From Eledone cirrhosa (Eukaryota): a stretch of DNA of 64,000 nucleotides. Position numbers and translations under genes: made by a program. The stretch lies in contig OZ024764.1 in NCBI GenBank assembly GCA_964016885.1, positions 27,466,001 through 27,530,000 of the forward strand, in the 5' to 3' direction. Position 1 is the stretch's first letter. Each line of letters starts with the position of its first letter. The notes below the pieces were generated by a model. That model did no database searches, had not been told where the DNA came from, and worked only from the letters and a program-made list of their open reading frames with translations. Of this stretch, positions 37,001 to 52,000 are shown piece by piece.

Positions 37001-40000
37001 AACAGGAGAGAGAGAGCGAGATGAAACGAGAGGGAGAGTGAGATGAAACGAGAGAGCGAGAGAGAGATAGAGGGAGATGAAACGACAGAGAGAGAGACAG
37101 ATGAAACGAGGGAGATAGAGATGAAACGAGAGAGAGAGATGAAACGAGAGAGAGGAAGAGAGAGATGGAACGAGAGAGAGGAAGAGAGAGATGGAACGAG
37201 AGAGAGGAAGACAGAGATGAAACGAGAGAGAGAGAGAGCGAGATGAAACGAGAGAGAGGAAGAGAGAGAACGCGAGATGAAACGAGAGAGAGAGCAAGAT
37301 GAAACGAGAGAGAGGAAGAGAGAGAGCGCAAGATGAAACGAGAGAGAGAGAGCGCGAGATGAAAGTCTGTCATGTAATGTTATGGACATATCTGCCCTTG
37401 GGGCTAATAATTGTCATGTAATGTTATGGAAATCTCTGCCCCTGTGGCTAATAATTCTGTCATGTAATGTTATGGACATCTCTGCCCCTGTTGCTAATAA
37501 TTCTGTCATGTAATGTTATGGACATCTCTGCCCCTGTGGCTAATAAATCTGTCATGTAATGTTATGGACATCTCTGCCCCTGTGGCTAATAATTCTGACA
37601 TGTAATGTTATGGACATCTCTGCCCCTGTGGCTAATAAATATGACATGTAATGTTATGGACATCTCTGCCCCTGTGGCTAATAAATCTGTCATGTAATGT
37701 TATGGACATCTCTGCCCCTGTGGCTAATAATTCTGACATGTAATGTTATGGACATCTCTGCCCCTGTGGCTAATAATTCTGTCATGTAATGTTATGGACA
37801 TCTCTGCCCCTGTGGCTAATAAATTCGTCATGTAATGTTATGGACATCTCTGCCCCTGTGGCTAATAAATCTGTCATGTAATGTTATGGACATCTCTGCC
37901 CCTGTGGCTAATAATTCTGACATGTAATGTTATGGATATCTCTGCCCCTGTGGCTAATAATTCTGAGAGAGATGAAACAAGTGAGGGATAAGAGAGAGAT
38001 GAAACAAATGAGGGATTAGAGTGTTGAAACAAGAGAGAGAGAGGAAGAGAGAGTGAGAGCGAGATCAAACGAGAGAGAGAGAGCGAGATGAAATGAGAGA
38101 GTGAGAGCGAGATGAAACGAGAGAGAGAGAGAGCGAGATGAAATGAGAGAGCGAGAGCGAGATGAAATGAGAGAGAGAGAGCGAGATGAAACGAGACAGA
38201 GAGAGCGAGATGAAACGAGAGAGAGAGAGAGCGAAATGAAACGAGACAGATTAGAGCGAGATGAAACGAGAGAGAGAGAGCGAGATGAAATGAGAGAGAG
38301 AGAGCGAGATGAAACGAGAGAGTGAGAGCTAGAGGAAACGAGAGAGAGAGGAAACGAGAGAGAGGATACGAGAGAGAGGAAACGAGAGTAGAGAGCGAGA
38401 TGAAACAGGAGAGAGAGAGCGAGATGAAACAGGAGAGAGAGAGCGAGATGAAACGAGAGGGAGAGAGAGATGAAACGAGAGAGCGAGAGAGAGATAGAGG
38501 GAGATGAAACGACAGAGAGAGAGACAGATGAAACGAGGGAGATAGAGATGAAACGAGAGAGAGAGATGAAACGAGAGAGAGGAAGAGAGAGATGGAACGA
38601 GAGAGAGGAAGAGAGAGATGGAACGAGAGAGAGGAAGACAGAGATGAAACGAGAGAGAGAGAGAGCGAGATGAAACGAGAGAGAGGAAGAGAGAACGCGA
38701 GATGAAACGAGAGAGAGAGAGAGCAAGATGAAACGAGAGAGAGGAAGAGAGAGAGCGCAAGATGAAACGAGAGAGAGAGCGCGAGATGAAAGTCTGTCAT
38801 GTAATGTTATGGACATATCTGCCCTTGGGGCTAATAATTGTCATGTAATGTTATGGAAATCTCTGCCTCTGTGGCTAATAATTCTTTCATGTAATGTTAT
38901 GGACATCTCTGCCCCTGTGGCTAATAATTCTGTCATGTAATGTTATGGACATCTCTGCCCCTGTGGCTAATAAATCTGTCATGTAATGTTATGGACATCT
39001 CTGCCCCTGTGGCTAATAATTCTGACATGTAATGTTATGGACATCTCTGCCCCTGTGGCTAATAAATATGACATGTAATGTTATGGACATCTCTGCCCCT
39101 GTGGCTAATAAATCTGTCATGTAATGTTATGGACATCTCTGCCCCTGTGGCTAATAATTCTGACATGTAATGTTATGGACATCTCTGCCCCTGTGGCTAA
39201 TAATTCTGAGAGAGATGAAACAAGTGAGGGATTAGAGAGAGATGAAACAAGTGAGGGATTAGAGTGTTGAAACAAGAGAGAGAGAGAGGAAGAGAGAGTG
39301 AGAGCGAAATCAAACGAGAGAGAGCGAGATGAAATGAGAGAGTGAGAGCGAGATGAAACGAGAGAGAGAGAGAGAGCGAGATGAAATGAGAGAGAGACAG
39401 CGAGATGAAATGAGAGAGAGAGAGCGAGATGAAACGAGACAGAGAGAGCGGGATGAAACGAGACAGAGAGAGCGAGAGCGAGATGAAACGAGACAGAGAG
39501 AGCGAGATGAAACGAGAGAGAGAGAGCGAGATGAAATGAGAGAGAGAGAGCGAGATGAAATGAGAGAGAGAGAGCGAGATGAAACGAGAGAGTGAGAGCG
39601 AGATGGAACGAGACAGAGAGAGCGAGATGAAACGAGAGTGGGAGAGCTAGATGAAACGAGAGAGAGAGGAAACGAGAGAGACGAAACGAGAGAGAGGAAA
39701 CGAGAGTAGAGAGCGAGATGAAACAGGAGAGAGAGAGCGAGATGAAACAGGAGAGAGAGAGCGAGATGAAACGAGAGGGAGAGAGAGATGAAACGAGAGA
39801 GCGAGAGAGAGATAGAGGGAGATGAAAGGACAGAGAGAGAGACAGATGAAACGAGGGAGATAGAGATGAAACGAGAGAGAGAGATGAAACGAGAGAGAGG
39901 AAGAGAGAGATGGAACGAGAGAGAGGAAGGGAGAGATGGAACGAGAGAGAGGAAGACAGAGATGAAACGAGAGAGAGAGAGAGCAAGATGAAACGAGAGA

Positions 40001-43000
40001 GAGAGATGAAACGAGAGAGAGGAAGAGAGAGATGGAACGAGAGAGAGGAAGAGAGAGATGGAACGAGCGAGAGGAAGAGAGAGATGAAACGAGACAGAGA
40101 GAGATCGAGATGAAACGAGAGAGAGGAAGAGAGAGAGCGCAAGATGAAACGAGAGAGAGAGAGAGAGCGAGATGAAACGAGAGAGAGGAAGAGAGAGAGC
40201 GCGAGATGAAACGAGAGAGAGGAAGAGAGAGAGCGCGAGATGAAATGAGAGAGAGAGAGCGAGATGAAATGAGAGATTGAGAGTGAGATGAAACGAGAGA
40301 GTGAGAGAGAGCGAGATGAAATGACAGAGAGAGAGCGAGATGAAATGAGAGAGAGAGAGCGAGATGAAACGAGACAGAGAGAGCGGGATGAAACGAGACA
40401 GAGAGATCGAGATGAAATGAGAGAGAGAGAGCGAGATGAAATGAGAGAGAGAGAGCGAGATGAAACGAGAGAGTGAGAGCGAGATGGAACGAGTCAGAGA
40501 GAGCGAGATGAAACGAGAGAGTGAGAGCTAGATGAAACGAGAGAGAGAGGAAACGAGAGAGAGAGGAAACGAGAGAGAGGAAACGAGAGAGAGGAAACGA
40601 GAGTAGAGAGCAAGATGAAACAGGAGAGAGAGAGAGCGAGATGAAACCGGAGAGAGAGAGCGAGATGAAACGAGAGGGAGGGAGAGATGAAACGAGAGAG
40701 CGAGAGAGAGATAGAGGGAGATGAAACGAGAGAGTGATAGCTAGATGAAACGAGAGAGAGAGGAATAGAGAGATGGAACGAGAGAGAGGAAGACAGATAT
40801 GAAACGAGAGAGAGAGAGAGCGAGATGAAACGAGAGAGAGGAAGAGAGCGCGAGATGAAACGAGAGAGAGAGAGCGAGATGAAACGAGAGAGAGAGCGAG
40901 ATGAAACGAGAGAGAGGAAGAGAGAGAGCGCGAGATGAAAGTCTGTCATGTAATGTTATGGACATATCTGCCCTTGGGGCTAATAATTGTCATGTAATGT
41001 TATGGACATATCTACCCTTGGGGCTAATAATTGTCATGTAATGTTATGTACATCTCTGCCCCTGTGGGAAATAATTCTGTCATGTAATGTTATGGACACC
41101 TCTGTCCCTGTGGCTAATAATTATGTCATGTAATGTTATGGACATCTCTGCCCCTGTGGCTAATAATTCTGTCATGTAATGTTATGGACATCTCTGCCCC
41201 TGTGGCTAATAAATTCGTCATGTAATGTTATGGACATCTCTGCCCCTGTGGCTAATAAATCTGTCATGTAATGTTTTGGACATCTCTTCCCCTGTGGCTA
41301 ATAATTCTGACATGTAATGTTATGGATATCTCTGCCCCTGTGGCTAATAATTCTGAGAGAGATGAAACAAGTGAGGGATAAGAGAGAGATGAAACAAGTG
41401 AGGGATTAGAGTGTTGAAACAAGAGAGAGAGAGGAAGAGAGAGTGAGAGCGAGATCAAACGAGAGAGAGAGAGCGAGATGAAATGAGAGAGAGAGAGCGA
41501 GATGAAACGAGAGAGTGAGAGCTAGAGGAAACGATAGAGAGAGGAAACGAGAGAGAGAGGAAACGAGAGAGAGAGGATACGAGAGAGAGGAAACGAGAGT
41601 AGAGAGCGAGATGAAACAGGAGAGAGAGAGCGAGATGAAACAGGAGAGAGAGAGCGAGATGAAACGAGAGGGAGAGTGAGATGAAACGAGAGAGCGAGAG
41701 AGAGATAGAGGGAGATGAAACGACAGAGAGAGAGACAGATGAAACGAGGGAGATAGAGATGAAACGAGAGAGAGAGATGAAACGAGAGAGAGGAAGAGAG
41801 AGATGGAACGAGAGAGAGGAAGAGAGAGATGGAACGAGAGAGAGGAAGACAGAGATGAAACGAGAGAGAGAGAGAGCGAGATGAAACGAGAGAGAGGAAG
41901 AGAGAGAACGCGAGATGAAACGAGAGAGAGAGCAAGATGAAACGAGAGAGAGGAAGAGAGAGAGCGCAAGATGAAACGAGAGAGAGAGAGCGCGAGATGA
42001 AAGTCTGTCATGTAATGTTATGGACATATCTGCCCTTGGGGCTAATAATTGTCATGTAATGTTATGGAAATCTCTGCCCCTGTTGCTAATAATTCTGTCA
42101 TGTAATGTTATGGACATCTCTGCCCCTGTGGCTAATAAATCTGTCATGTAATGTTATGGACATCTCTGCCCCTGTGGCTAATAATTCTGACATGTAATGT
42201 TATGGACATCTCTGCCCCTGTGGCTAATAAATATGACATGTAATGTTATGGACATCTCTGCCCCTGTGGCTAATAAATCTGTCATGTAATGTTATGGACA
42301 TCTCTGCCCCTGTGGCTAATAATTCTGACATGTAATGTTATGGACATCTCTGCCCCTGTGGCTAATAATTCTGTCATGTAATGTTATGGACATCTCTGCC
42401 CCTGTGGCTAATAAATTCGTCATGTAATGTTATGGACATCTCTGCCCCTGTGGCTAATAAATCTGTCATGTAATGTTATGGACATCTCTGCCCCTGTGGC
42501 TAATAATTCTGACATGTAATGTTATGGATATCTCTGCCCCTGTGGCTAATAATTCTGAGAGCGATGAAACAAGTGAGGGATAAGAGAGAGATGAAACAAA
42601 TGAGGGATTAGAGTGTTGAATCAAGAGAGAGAGAGGAAGAGAGAGTGAGAGCGAGATCAAACGAGAGAGAGAGAGCGAGATGAAATGAGAGAGTGAGAGC
42701 GAGATGAAACGAGAGAGAGAGAGAGCGAGATGAAATGAGAGAGCGAGAGCGAGATGAAATGAGAGAGAGAGAGCGAGATGAAACGAGACAGAGAGAGCGA
42801 GATGAAACGAGAGAGAGAGAGAGCGAAATGAAACGAGACAGATTAGAGCGAGATGAAACGAGAGAGAGAGAGCGAGATGAAATGAGAGAGAGAGAGCGAG
42901 ATGAAACGAGAGAGTGAGAGCTAGAGGAAACGAGAGAGAGAGGAAACGAGAGAGAGGATACGAGAGAGAGGAAACGAGAGTAGAGAGCGAGATGAAACAG

Positions 43001-46000
43001 GAGAGAGAGAGCGAGATGAAACAGGAGAGAGAGAGCGAGTTGAAACGAGAGGGAGAGAGAGATGAAACGAGAGAGCGAGAGAGAGATAGAGGGAGATGAA
43101 ACGACAGAGAGAGAGACAGATGAAACGAGGGAGATAGAGATGAAACGAGAGAGAGAGATGAAACGAGAGAGAGGAAGAGAGAGATGGAACGAGAGAGAGG
43201 AAGAGAGAGATGGAACGAGAGAGAGGAAGACAGAGATGAAACGAGAGAGAGAGAGAGCGAGATGAAACGAGAGAGAGGAAGAGAGAACGCGAGATGAAAC
43301 GAGAGAGAGAGAGAGCAAGATGAAACGAGAGAGAGGAAGAGAGAGAGCGCAAGATGAAACGAGAGAGAGAGCGCGAGATGAAAGTCTTTCATGTAATGTT
43401 ATGGACATATCTGCCCTTGGGGCTAATAATTGTCATGTAATGTTATGGAAATCTCTGCCTCTGTGGCTAATAATTCTTTCATGTAATGTTATGGACATCT
43501 CTGCCCCTGTGGCTAATAATTCTGTCATGTAATGTTATGGACATCTCTGCCCCTGTGGCTAATAAATCTGTCATGTAATGTTATGGACATCTCTGCCCCT
43601 GTGGCTAATAATTCTGACATGTAATGTTATGGACATCTCTGCCCCTGTGGCTAATAAATATGACATGTAATGTTATGGACATCTCTGCCCCTGTGGCTAA
43701 TAAATCTGTCATGTAATGTTATGGACATCTCTGCCCCTGTGGCTAATAATTCTGACATGTAATGTTATGGACATCTCTGCCCCTGTGGCTAATAATTCTG
43801 AGAGAGATGAAACAAGTGAGGGATTAGAGAGAGATGAAACAAGTGAGGGATTAGAGTGTTGAAACAAGAGAGAGAGAGAGGAAGAGAGAGTGAGAGCGAA
43901 ATCAAACGAGAGAGAGCGAGATGAAATGAGAGAGTGAGAGCGAGATGAAACGAGAGAGAGAGAGCGAGATGAAATGAGAGAGAGACAGCGAGATGAAATG
44001 AGAGAGAGAGAGCGAGATGAAACGAGACAGAGAGAGCGGGATGAAACGAGACAGAGAGAGCGAGAGCGAGATGAAACGAGACAGAGAGAGCGAGATGAAA
44101 CGAGAGAGAGAGAGCGAGATGAAATGAGAGAGAGAGAGCGAGATGAAATGAGAGAGAGAGAGCGAGATGAAACGAGAGAGTGAGAGCGAGATGGAACGAG
44201 ACAGAGAGAGCGAGATGAAACGAGAGTGGGAGAGCTAGATGAAACGAGAGAGAGAGGAAACGAGAGAGACGAAACGAGAGAGAGGAAATGAGAGTAGAGA
44301 GCGAGATGAAACAGGAGAGAGAGAGCGAGATGAAACAGGAGAGAGAGAGCGAGATGAAACGAGAGGGAGAGAGAGATGAAACGAGAGAGCGAGAGAGAGA
44401 TAGAGGGAGATGAAACAACAGAGAGAGAGACAGATGAAACGAGGGAGATAGAGATGAAACGAGAGAGAGAGATGAAACGAGAGAGAGGAAGAGAGAGATG
44501 GAACGAGAGAGAGGAAGGGAGAGATGGAACGAGAGAGAGGAAGAGAGAGATGGAACGAGCGAGAGGAAGAGAGAGATGAAACGAGCGAGAGGAAGAGAGA
44601 GATGAAACGAGACAGAGAGAGATCGAGATGAAACGAGAGAGAGGAAGAGAGAGAGCGCAAGATGAAACGAGAGAGAGAGAGAGAGCGAGATGAAACGAGA
44701 GAGAGGAAGAGAGAGAGCGCGAGATGAAACGAGAGAGAGGAAGAGAGAGAGCGCGAGATGAAATGAGAGAGAGAGAGCGAGATGAAATGAGAGATTGAGA
44801 GTGAGATGAAACGAGAGAGAGAGAGAGCAAGATGAAACGAGAGAGAGAGATGAAACGAGAGAGAGGAAGAGAGAGATGGAACGAGAGAGAGGAAGAGAGA
44901 GATGGAACGAGCGAGAGGAAGAGAGAGATGAAACGAGACAGAGAGAGATCGAGATGAAACGAGAGAGAGGAAGAGAGAGAGCGCAAGATGAAACGAGAGA
45001 GAGAGAGAGAGCGAGATGAAACGAGAGAGAGGAAGAGAGAGAGCGCGAGATGAAACGAGAGAGAGGAAGAGAGAGAGCGCGAGATGAAATGAGAGAGAGA
45101 GAGCGAGATGAAATGAGAGATTGAGAGTGAGATGAAACGAGAGAGTGAGAGAGAGCGAGATGAAATGACAGAGAGAGAGCGAGATGAAATGAGAGAGAGA
45201 GAGCGAGATGAAACGAGACAGAGAGAGCGGGATGAAACGAGACAGAGAGATCGAGATGAAATGAGAGAGAGAGAGCGAGATGAAATGAGAGAGAGAGAGC
45301 GAGATGAAACGAGAGAGTGAGAGCGAGATGGAACGAGTCAGAGAGAGCGAGATGAAACGAGAGAGTGAGAGCTAGATGAAACGAGAGAGAGAGGAAACGA
45401 GAGAGAGGAAACGAGAGAGAGGAAACGAGAGTAGAGAGCAAGATGAAACAGGAGAGAGAGAGAGCGAGATGAAACTGGAGAGAGAGAGCGAGATGAAACG
45501 AGAGGGAGGGAGAGATGAAACGAGAGAGCGAGAGAGAGATAGAGGGAGATGAAACGAGAGAGTGATAGCTAGATGAAACGAGAGAGAGAGGAATAGAGAG
45601 ATGGAACGAGAGAGAGGAAGACAGATATGAAACGAGAGAGAGAGAGAGCGAGATGAAACGAGAGAGAGGAAGAGAGCGCGAGATGAAACGAGAGAGAGAG
45701 AGCGAGATGAAACGAGAGAGAGAGCGAGATGAAACGAGAGAGAGGAAGAGAGAGAGCGCGAGATGAAAGTCTGTCATGTAATGTTATGGACATATCTGCC
45801 CTTGGGGCTAATAATTGTCATGTAATGTTATGGACATATCTACCCTTGGGGCTAATAATTGTCATGTAATGTTATGTACATCTCTGCCCCTGTGGGAAAT
45901 AATTCTGTCATGTAATGTTATGGACACCTCTGTCCCTGTGGCTAATAATTATGTCATGTAATGTTATGGACATCTCTGCCCCTGTGGCTAATAATTCTGT

Positions 46001-49000
46001 CATGTAATGTTATGGACATCTCTGCCCCTGTGGCTAATAAATTCGTCATGTAATGTTATGGACATCTCTGCCCCTGTGGCTAATAAATCTGTCATGTAAT
46101 GTTTTGGACATCTCTTCCCCTGTGGCTAATAATTCTGACATGTAATGTTATGGATATCTCTGCCCCTGTGGCTAATAATTCTGAGAGAGATGAAACAAGT
46201 GAGGGATAAGAGAGAGATGAAACAAGTGAGGGATTAGAGTGTTGAAACAAGAGAGAGAGAGGAAGAGAGAGTGAGAGCGAGATCAAACGAGAGAGAGAGA
46301 GCGAGATGAAATGAGAGAGTGAGAGCGAGATGAAACGAGAGAGAGAGAGCGAGATGAAATGAGAGAGAGAGAGCGAGATGAAATGAGAGAGAGAGAGCGA
46401 GATGAAACGAGACAGAGAGAGCGAGGTGAAACGAGAGAGAGAGAGAGCGAAATGAAACGAGACAGATTAGAGCGAGATGAAACGAGAGAGAGAGAGAGCA
46501 AGATGAAATGAGAGAGAGAGGGCGAGATGAAACGAGAGAGTGAGAGCTAGAGGAAACGATAGAGAGAGGAAACGAGAGAGAGAGGAAACGAGAGAGAGGA
46601 TACGAGAGAGAGGAAACGAGAGTAGAGAGCGAGATGAAACAGGAGAGAGAGAGCGAGATGAAACAGGAGAGAGAGAGCGAGATGAAACGAGAGGGAGAGT
46701 GAGATGAAACGAGAGAGCGAGAGAGAGATAGAGGGAGATGAAACGACAGAGAGAGAGACAGATGATACGAGGGAGATAGAGATGAAACGAGAGAGAGAGA
46801 TGAAACGAGAGAGAGGAAGAGAGAGATGGAACGAGAGAGAGGAAGAGAGAGATGGAACGAGAGAGAGGAAGGCAGAGATGAAACGAGAGAGAGAGAGAGC
46901 GAGATGAAACGAGAGAGAGGAAGAGAGAGAACGCGAGATGAAACGAGAGAGAGAGCAAGATGAAACGAGAGAGAGGAAGAGAGAGAGCGCAAGATGAAAC
47001 GAGAGAGAGAGAGCGCGAGATGGAAGTCTGTCATGTAATGTTATGGACATATCTGCCCTTGGGGCTAATAATTGTCATGTAATGTTATGGAAATCTCTGC
47101 CCCTGTGGCTAATAATTCTGTCATGTAATGTTATGGACACCTCTGTCCCTGTGGCTAATAATTATGTCATGTAATGTTATGGACATCTCTGCCCCTGTGG
47201 CTAATAATTCTGTCATGTAATGTTATGGACATCTCTGCCCCTGTGGCTAATAAATTCGTCATGTAATGTTATGGACATCTCTGCCCCTGTGGCTAATAAA
47301 TCTGTCATGTAATGTTTTGGACATCTCTTCCCCTGTGGCTAATAATTCTGACATGTAATGTTATGGATATCTCTGCCCCTGTGGCTAATAATTCTGAGAG
47401 AGATGAAACAAGTGAGGGATAAGAGAGAGATGAAACAAGTGAGGGATTAGAGTGTTGAAACAAGAGAGAGAGAGGAAGAGAGAGTGAGAGCGAGATCAAA
47501 CGAGAGAGAGAGAGAGCGAGATGAAATGAGAGAGTGAGAGCGAGATGAAACGAGAGAGAGAGAGCGAGATGAAATGAGAGAGAGAGAGCGAGATGAAATG
47601 AGAGAGAGAGAGCGAGATGAAACGAGAGAGAGAGAGCAAGATGAAATGAGAGAGAGAGAGCGAGATGAAACGAGAGAGTGAGAGCTAGAGGAAACGATAG
47701 AGAGAGGAAACGAGAGAGAGAGGAAACGAGAGAGAGAGGATACGAGAGAGAGGAAACGAGAGTAGAGAGCGAGATGAAACAGGAGAGAGAGAGCGAGATG
47801 AAACAGGAGAGAGAGAGCGAGATGAAACGAGAGGGAGAGTGAGATGAAACGAGAGAGCGAGAGAGAGATAGAGGGAGATGAAACGACAGAGAGAGAGACA
47901 GATGAAACGAGGGAGATAGAGATGAAACGAGAGAGAGAGATGAAACGAGAGAGAGGAAGAGAGAGATGGAACGAGAGAGAGGAAGAGAGAGATGGAACGA
48001 GAGAGAGGAAGACAGAGATGAAACGAGAGAGAGAGAGAGCGAGATGAAACGAGAGAGAGGAAGAGAGAGAACGCGAGATGAAACGAGAGAGAGAGCAAGA
48101 TGAAACGAGAGAGAGGAAGAGAGAGAGCGCAAGATGAAACGAGAGAGAGAGAGAGCGCGAGATGAAAGTCTGTCATGTAATGTTATGGACATATCTGCCC
48201 TTGGGGCTAATAATTGTCATGTAATGTTATGGAAATCTCTGCCCCTGTGGCTAATAATTCTGTCATGTAATGTTATGGATATCTCTGCCCCTGTTGCTAA
48301 TAATTCTGTCATGTAATGTTATGGACATCTCTGCCCCTGTGGCTAATAAATCTGTCATGTAATGTTATGGACATCTCTGCCCCTGTGGCTAATAATTCTG
48401 ACATGTAATGTTATGGACATCTCTGCCCCTGTGGCTAATAAATATGACATGTAATGTTATGGACATCTCTGCCCCTGTGGCTAATAAATCTGTCATGTAA
48501 TGTTATGGACATCTCTGCCCCTGTGGCTAATAATTCTGACATGTAATGTTATGGACATCTCTGCCCCTGTGGCTAATAAATCTGTCATGTAATGTTATGG
48601 ACATCTCTGCCCCTGTGGCTAATAATTCTGACATGTAATGTTATGGACATCTCTGCCCCTGTGGCTAATAATTCTGTCATGTAATGTTATGGACATCTCT
48701 GCCCCTGTGGCTAATAAATTCGTCATGTAATGTTATGGACATCTCTGCCCCTGTGGCTAATAAATCTGTCATGTAATGTTATGGACATCTCTGCCCCTGT
48801 GGCTAATAATTCTGACATGTAATGTTATGGATATCTCTGCCCCTGTGGCTAATAATTCTGAGAGAGATGAAACAAGTGAGGGATAAGAGAGAGATGAAAC
48901 AAATGAGGGATTAGAGTGTTGAAACAAGAGAGAGAGAGGAAGAGAGAGTGAGAGCGAGATCAAACGAGAGAGAGAGAGCGAGATGAAATGAGAGAGTGAG

Positions 49001-52000
49001 AGCGAGATGAAACGAGAGAGAGAGAGCGAGATGAAATGAGAGAGCGAGAGCGAGATGAAATGAGAGAGAGAGAGCGAGGTGAAACGAGACAGAGAGAGCG
49101 AGATGAAACGAGAGAGAGAGAGAGCGAAATGAAACGAGACAGATTAGAGCGAGATGAAACGAGAGAGAGAGAGCGAGATGAAATGAGAGAGAGAGAGCGA
49201 GATGAAACGAGAGAGTGAGAGCTAGAGGAAACGAGAGAGAGAGGAAACGAGAGAGAGGATACGAGAGAGAGGAAACGAGAGTAGAGAGCGAGATGAAACA
49301 GGAGAGAGAGAGCGAGATTAAACAGGAGAGAGAGAGCGAGATGAAACGAGAGGGAGAGAGAGATGAAACGAGAGAGCGAGAGAGAGATAGAGGGAGATGA
49401 AACTACAGAGAGAGAGACAGATGAAACGAGGGAGATAGAGATGAAACGAGAGAGAGAGATGAAACGAGAGAGAGGAAGAGAGAGATGGAACGAGAGAGAG
49501 GAAGAGAGAGATGGAACGAGAGAGAGGAAGACAGAGATGAAACGAGAGAGAGAGAGAGAGCGAGATGAAACGAGAGAGAGGAAGAGAGAACGCGAGATGA
49601 AACGAGAGAGAGAGAGAGCAAGATGAAACGAGAGAGAGGAAGAGAGAGAGCGCAAGATGAAACGAGAGAGAGAGCGCGAGATGAAAGTCTGTCATGTAAT
49701 GTTATGGACATATCTGCCCTTGGGGCTAATAATTGTCATGTAATGTTATGGAAATCTCTGCCTCTGTGGCTAATAATTCTTTCATGTAATGTTATGGACA
49801 TCTCTGCCCCTGTGGCTAATAATTCTGTCATGTAATGTTATGGACATCTCTGCCCCTGTGGCTAATAAATCTGTCATGTAATGTTATGGACATCTCTGCC
49901 CCTGTGGCTAATAATTCTGACATGTAATGTTATGGACATCTCTGCCCCTGTGGCTAATAAATATGACATGTAATGTTATGGACATCTCTGCCCCTGTGGC
50001 TAATAAATCTGTCATGTAATGTTATGGACATCTCTGCCCCTGTGGCTAATAATTCTGACATGTAATGTTATGGACATCTCTGCCCCTGTGGCTAATAATT
50101 CTGAGAGAGATGAAACAAGTGAGGGATTAGAGAGAGATGAAACAAGTGAGGGATTAGAGTGTTGAAACAAGAGAGAGAGAGAGGAAGAGAGAGTGAGAGC
50201 GAAATCAAACGAGAGAGAGCGAGATGAAATGAGAGAGTGAGAGCGAGATGAAACGAGAGAGAGAGAGAGAGCGAGATGAAATGAGAGAGAGAGAGCGAGA
50301 TGAAATGAGAGAGAGAGAGCGAGATGAAACGAGACAGAGAGAGCGGGATGAAACGAGACAGAGAGAGCGAGAGCGAGATGAAACGAGACAGAGAGAGCGA
50401 GATGAAACGAGAGAGAGAGAGAGCGAGATGAAATGAGAGAGAGAGAGAGCGAGATGAAATGAGAGAGAGAGAGCGAGATGAAACGAGACAGAGAGAGCGG
50501 GATGAAACGAGACAGAGAGAGCGAGAGCGAGATGAAACGAGACAGAGAGAGCGAGATGAAACGAGAGAGAGAGAGCGAGATGAAATGAGAGAGAGAGAGA
50601 GCGAGATGAAATGAGAGAGAGAGAGCGAGATGAAACGAGAGAGTGAGAGCGAGATGGAACGAGACAGAGAGAGCGAGATGAAACGAGAGTGGGAGAGCTA
50701 GATGAAACGAGAGAGAGAGGAAACGAGAGAGACGAAACGAGAGAGAGGAAACGAGAGTAGAGAGCGAGATGAAACAGGAGAGAGAGAGCGAGATGAAACA
50801 GGAGAGAGAGAGCGAGATGAAACAGGAGAGAGAGAGCGAGATGAAACGAGAGGGAGAGAGAGATGAAACGAGAGAGCGAGAGAGAGATAGAGGGAGATGA
50901 AACGACAGAGAGAGAGACAGATGAAACGAGGGAGATAGAGATGAAACGAGAGAGAGAGATGAAACGAGAGAGAGGAAGAGAGAGATGGAACGAGAGAGAG
51001 GAAGGGAGAGATGGAACGAGAGAGAGGAAGACAGAGATGAAACGAGAGAGAGAGAGAGCAAGATGAAACGAGAGAGAGAGATGAAACGAGAGAGAGGAAG
51101 AGAGAGATGGAACGAGAGAGAGGAAGAGAGAGATGGAACGAGCGAGAGGAAGAGAGAGATGAAACGAGAGAGAGAGAGATCGAGATGAAACGAGAGAGAG
51201 GAAGAGAGAGAGCGCGAGATGAAACGAGAGAGAGGAAGAGAGAGAGCGCGAGATGAAATGAGAGAGAGAGAGAGCGAGATGAAATGAGAGATTGAGAGTG
51301 AGATGAAACGAGAGAGTGAGAGAGAGCGAGATGAAATGACAGAGAGAGAGCGAGATGAAATGAGAGAGAGAGAGCGAGATGAAACGAGACAGAGAGAGCG
51401 GGATGAAACGAGACAGAGAGATCGAGATGAAATGAGAGAGAGAGAGCGAGATGAAATGAGAGAGAGAGAGCGAGATGAAACGAGAGAGTGAGAGCGAGAT
51501 GGAACGAGTCAGAGAGAGCGAGATGAAACGAGAGAGTGAGAGCTAGATGAAACGAGAGAGAGAGGAAACGAGAGAGAGAGGAAACGAGAGAGAGGAAACG
51601 AGAGAGAGGAAACGAGAGTAGAGAGCAAGATGAAACAGGAGAGAGAGAGAGCGAGATGAAACCGGAGAGAGAGAGCGAGATGAAACGAGAGGGAGGGAGA
51701 GATGAAACGAGAGAGCGAGAGAGAGATAGAGGGAGATGAAACGAGAGAGTGATAGCTAGATGAAACGAGAGAGAGAGGAATAGAGAGATGGAACGAGAGA
51801 GAGGAAGACAGATATGAAACGAGAGAGAGAGAGAGCGAGATGAAACGAGAGAGAGGAAGAGAGCGCGAGATGAAACGAGAGAGAGAGAGCGAGATGAAAC
51901 GAGAGAGAGAGCGAGATGAAACGAGAGAGAGGAAGAGAGAGAGCGCGAGATGAAAGTCTGTCATGTAATGTTATGGACATATCTGCCCTTGGGGCTAATA

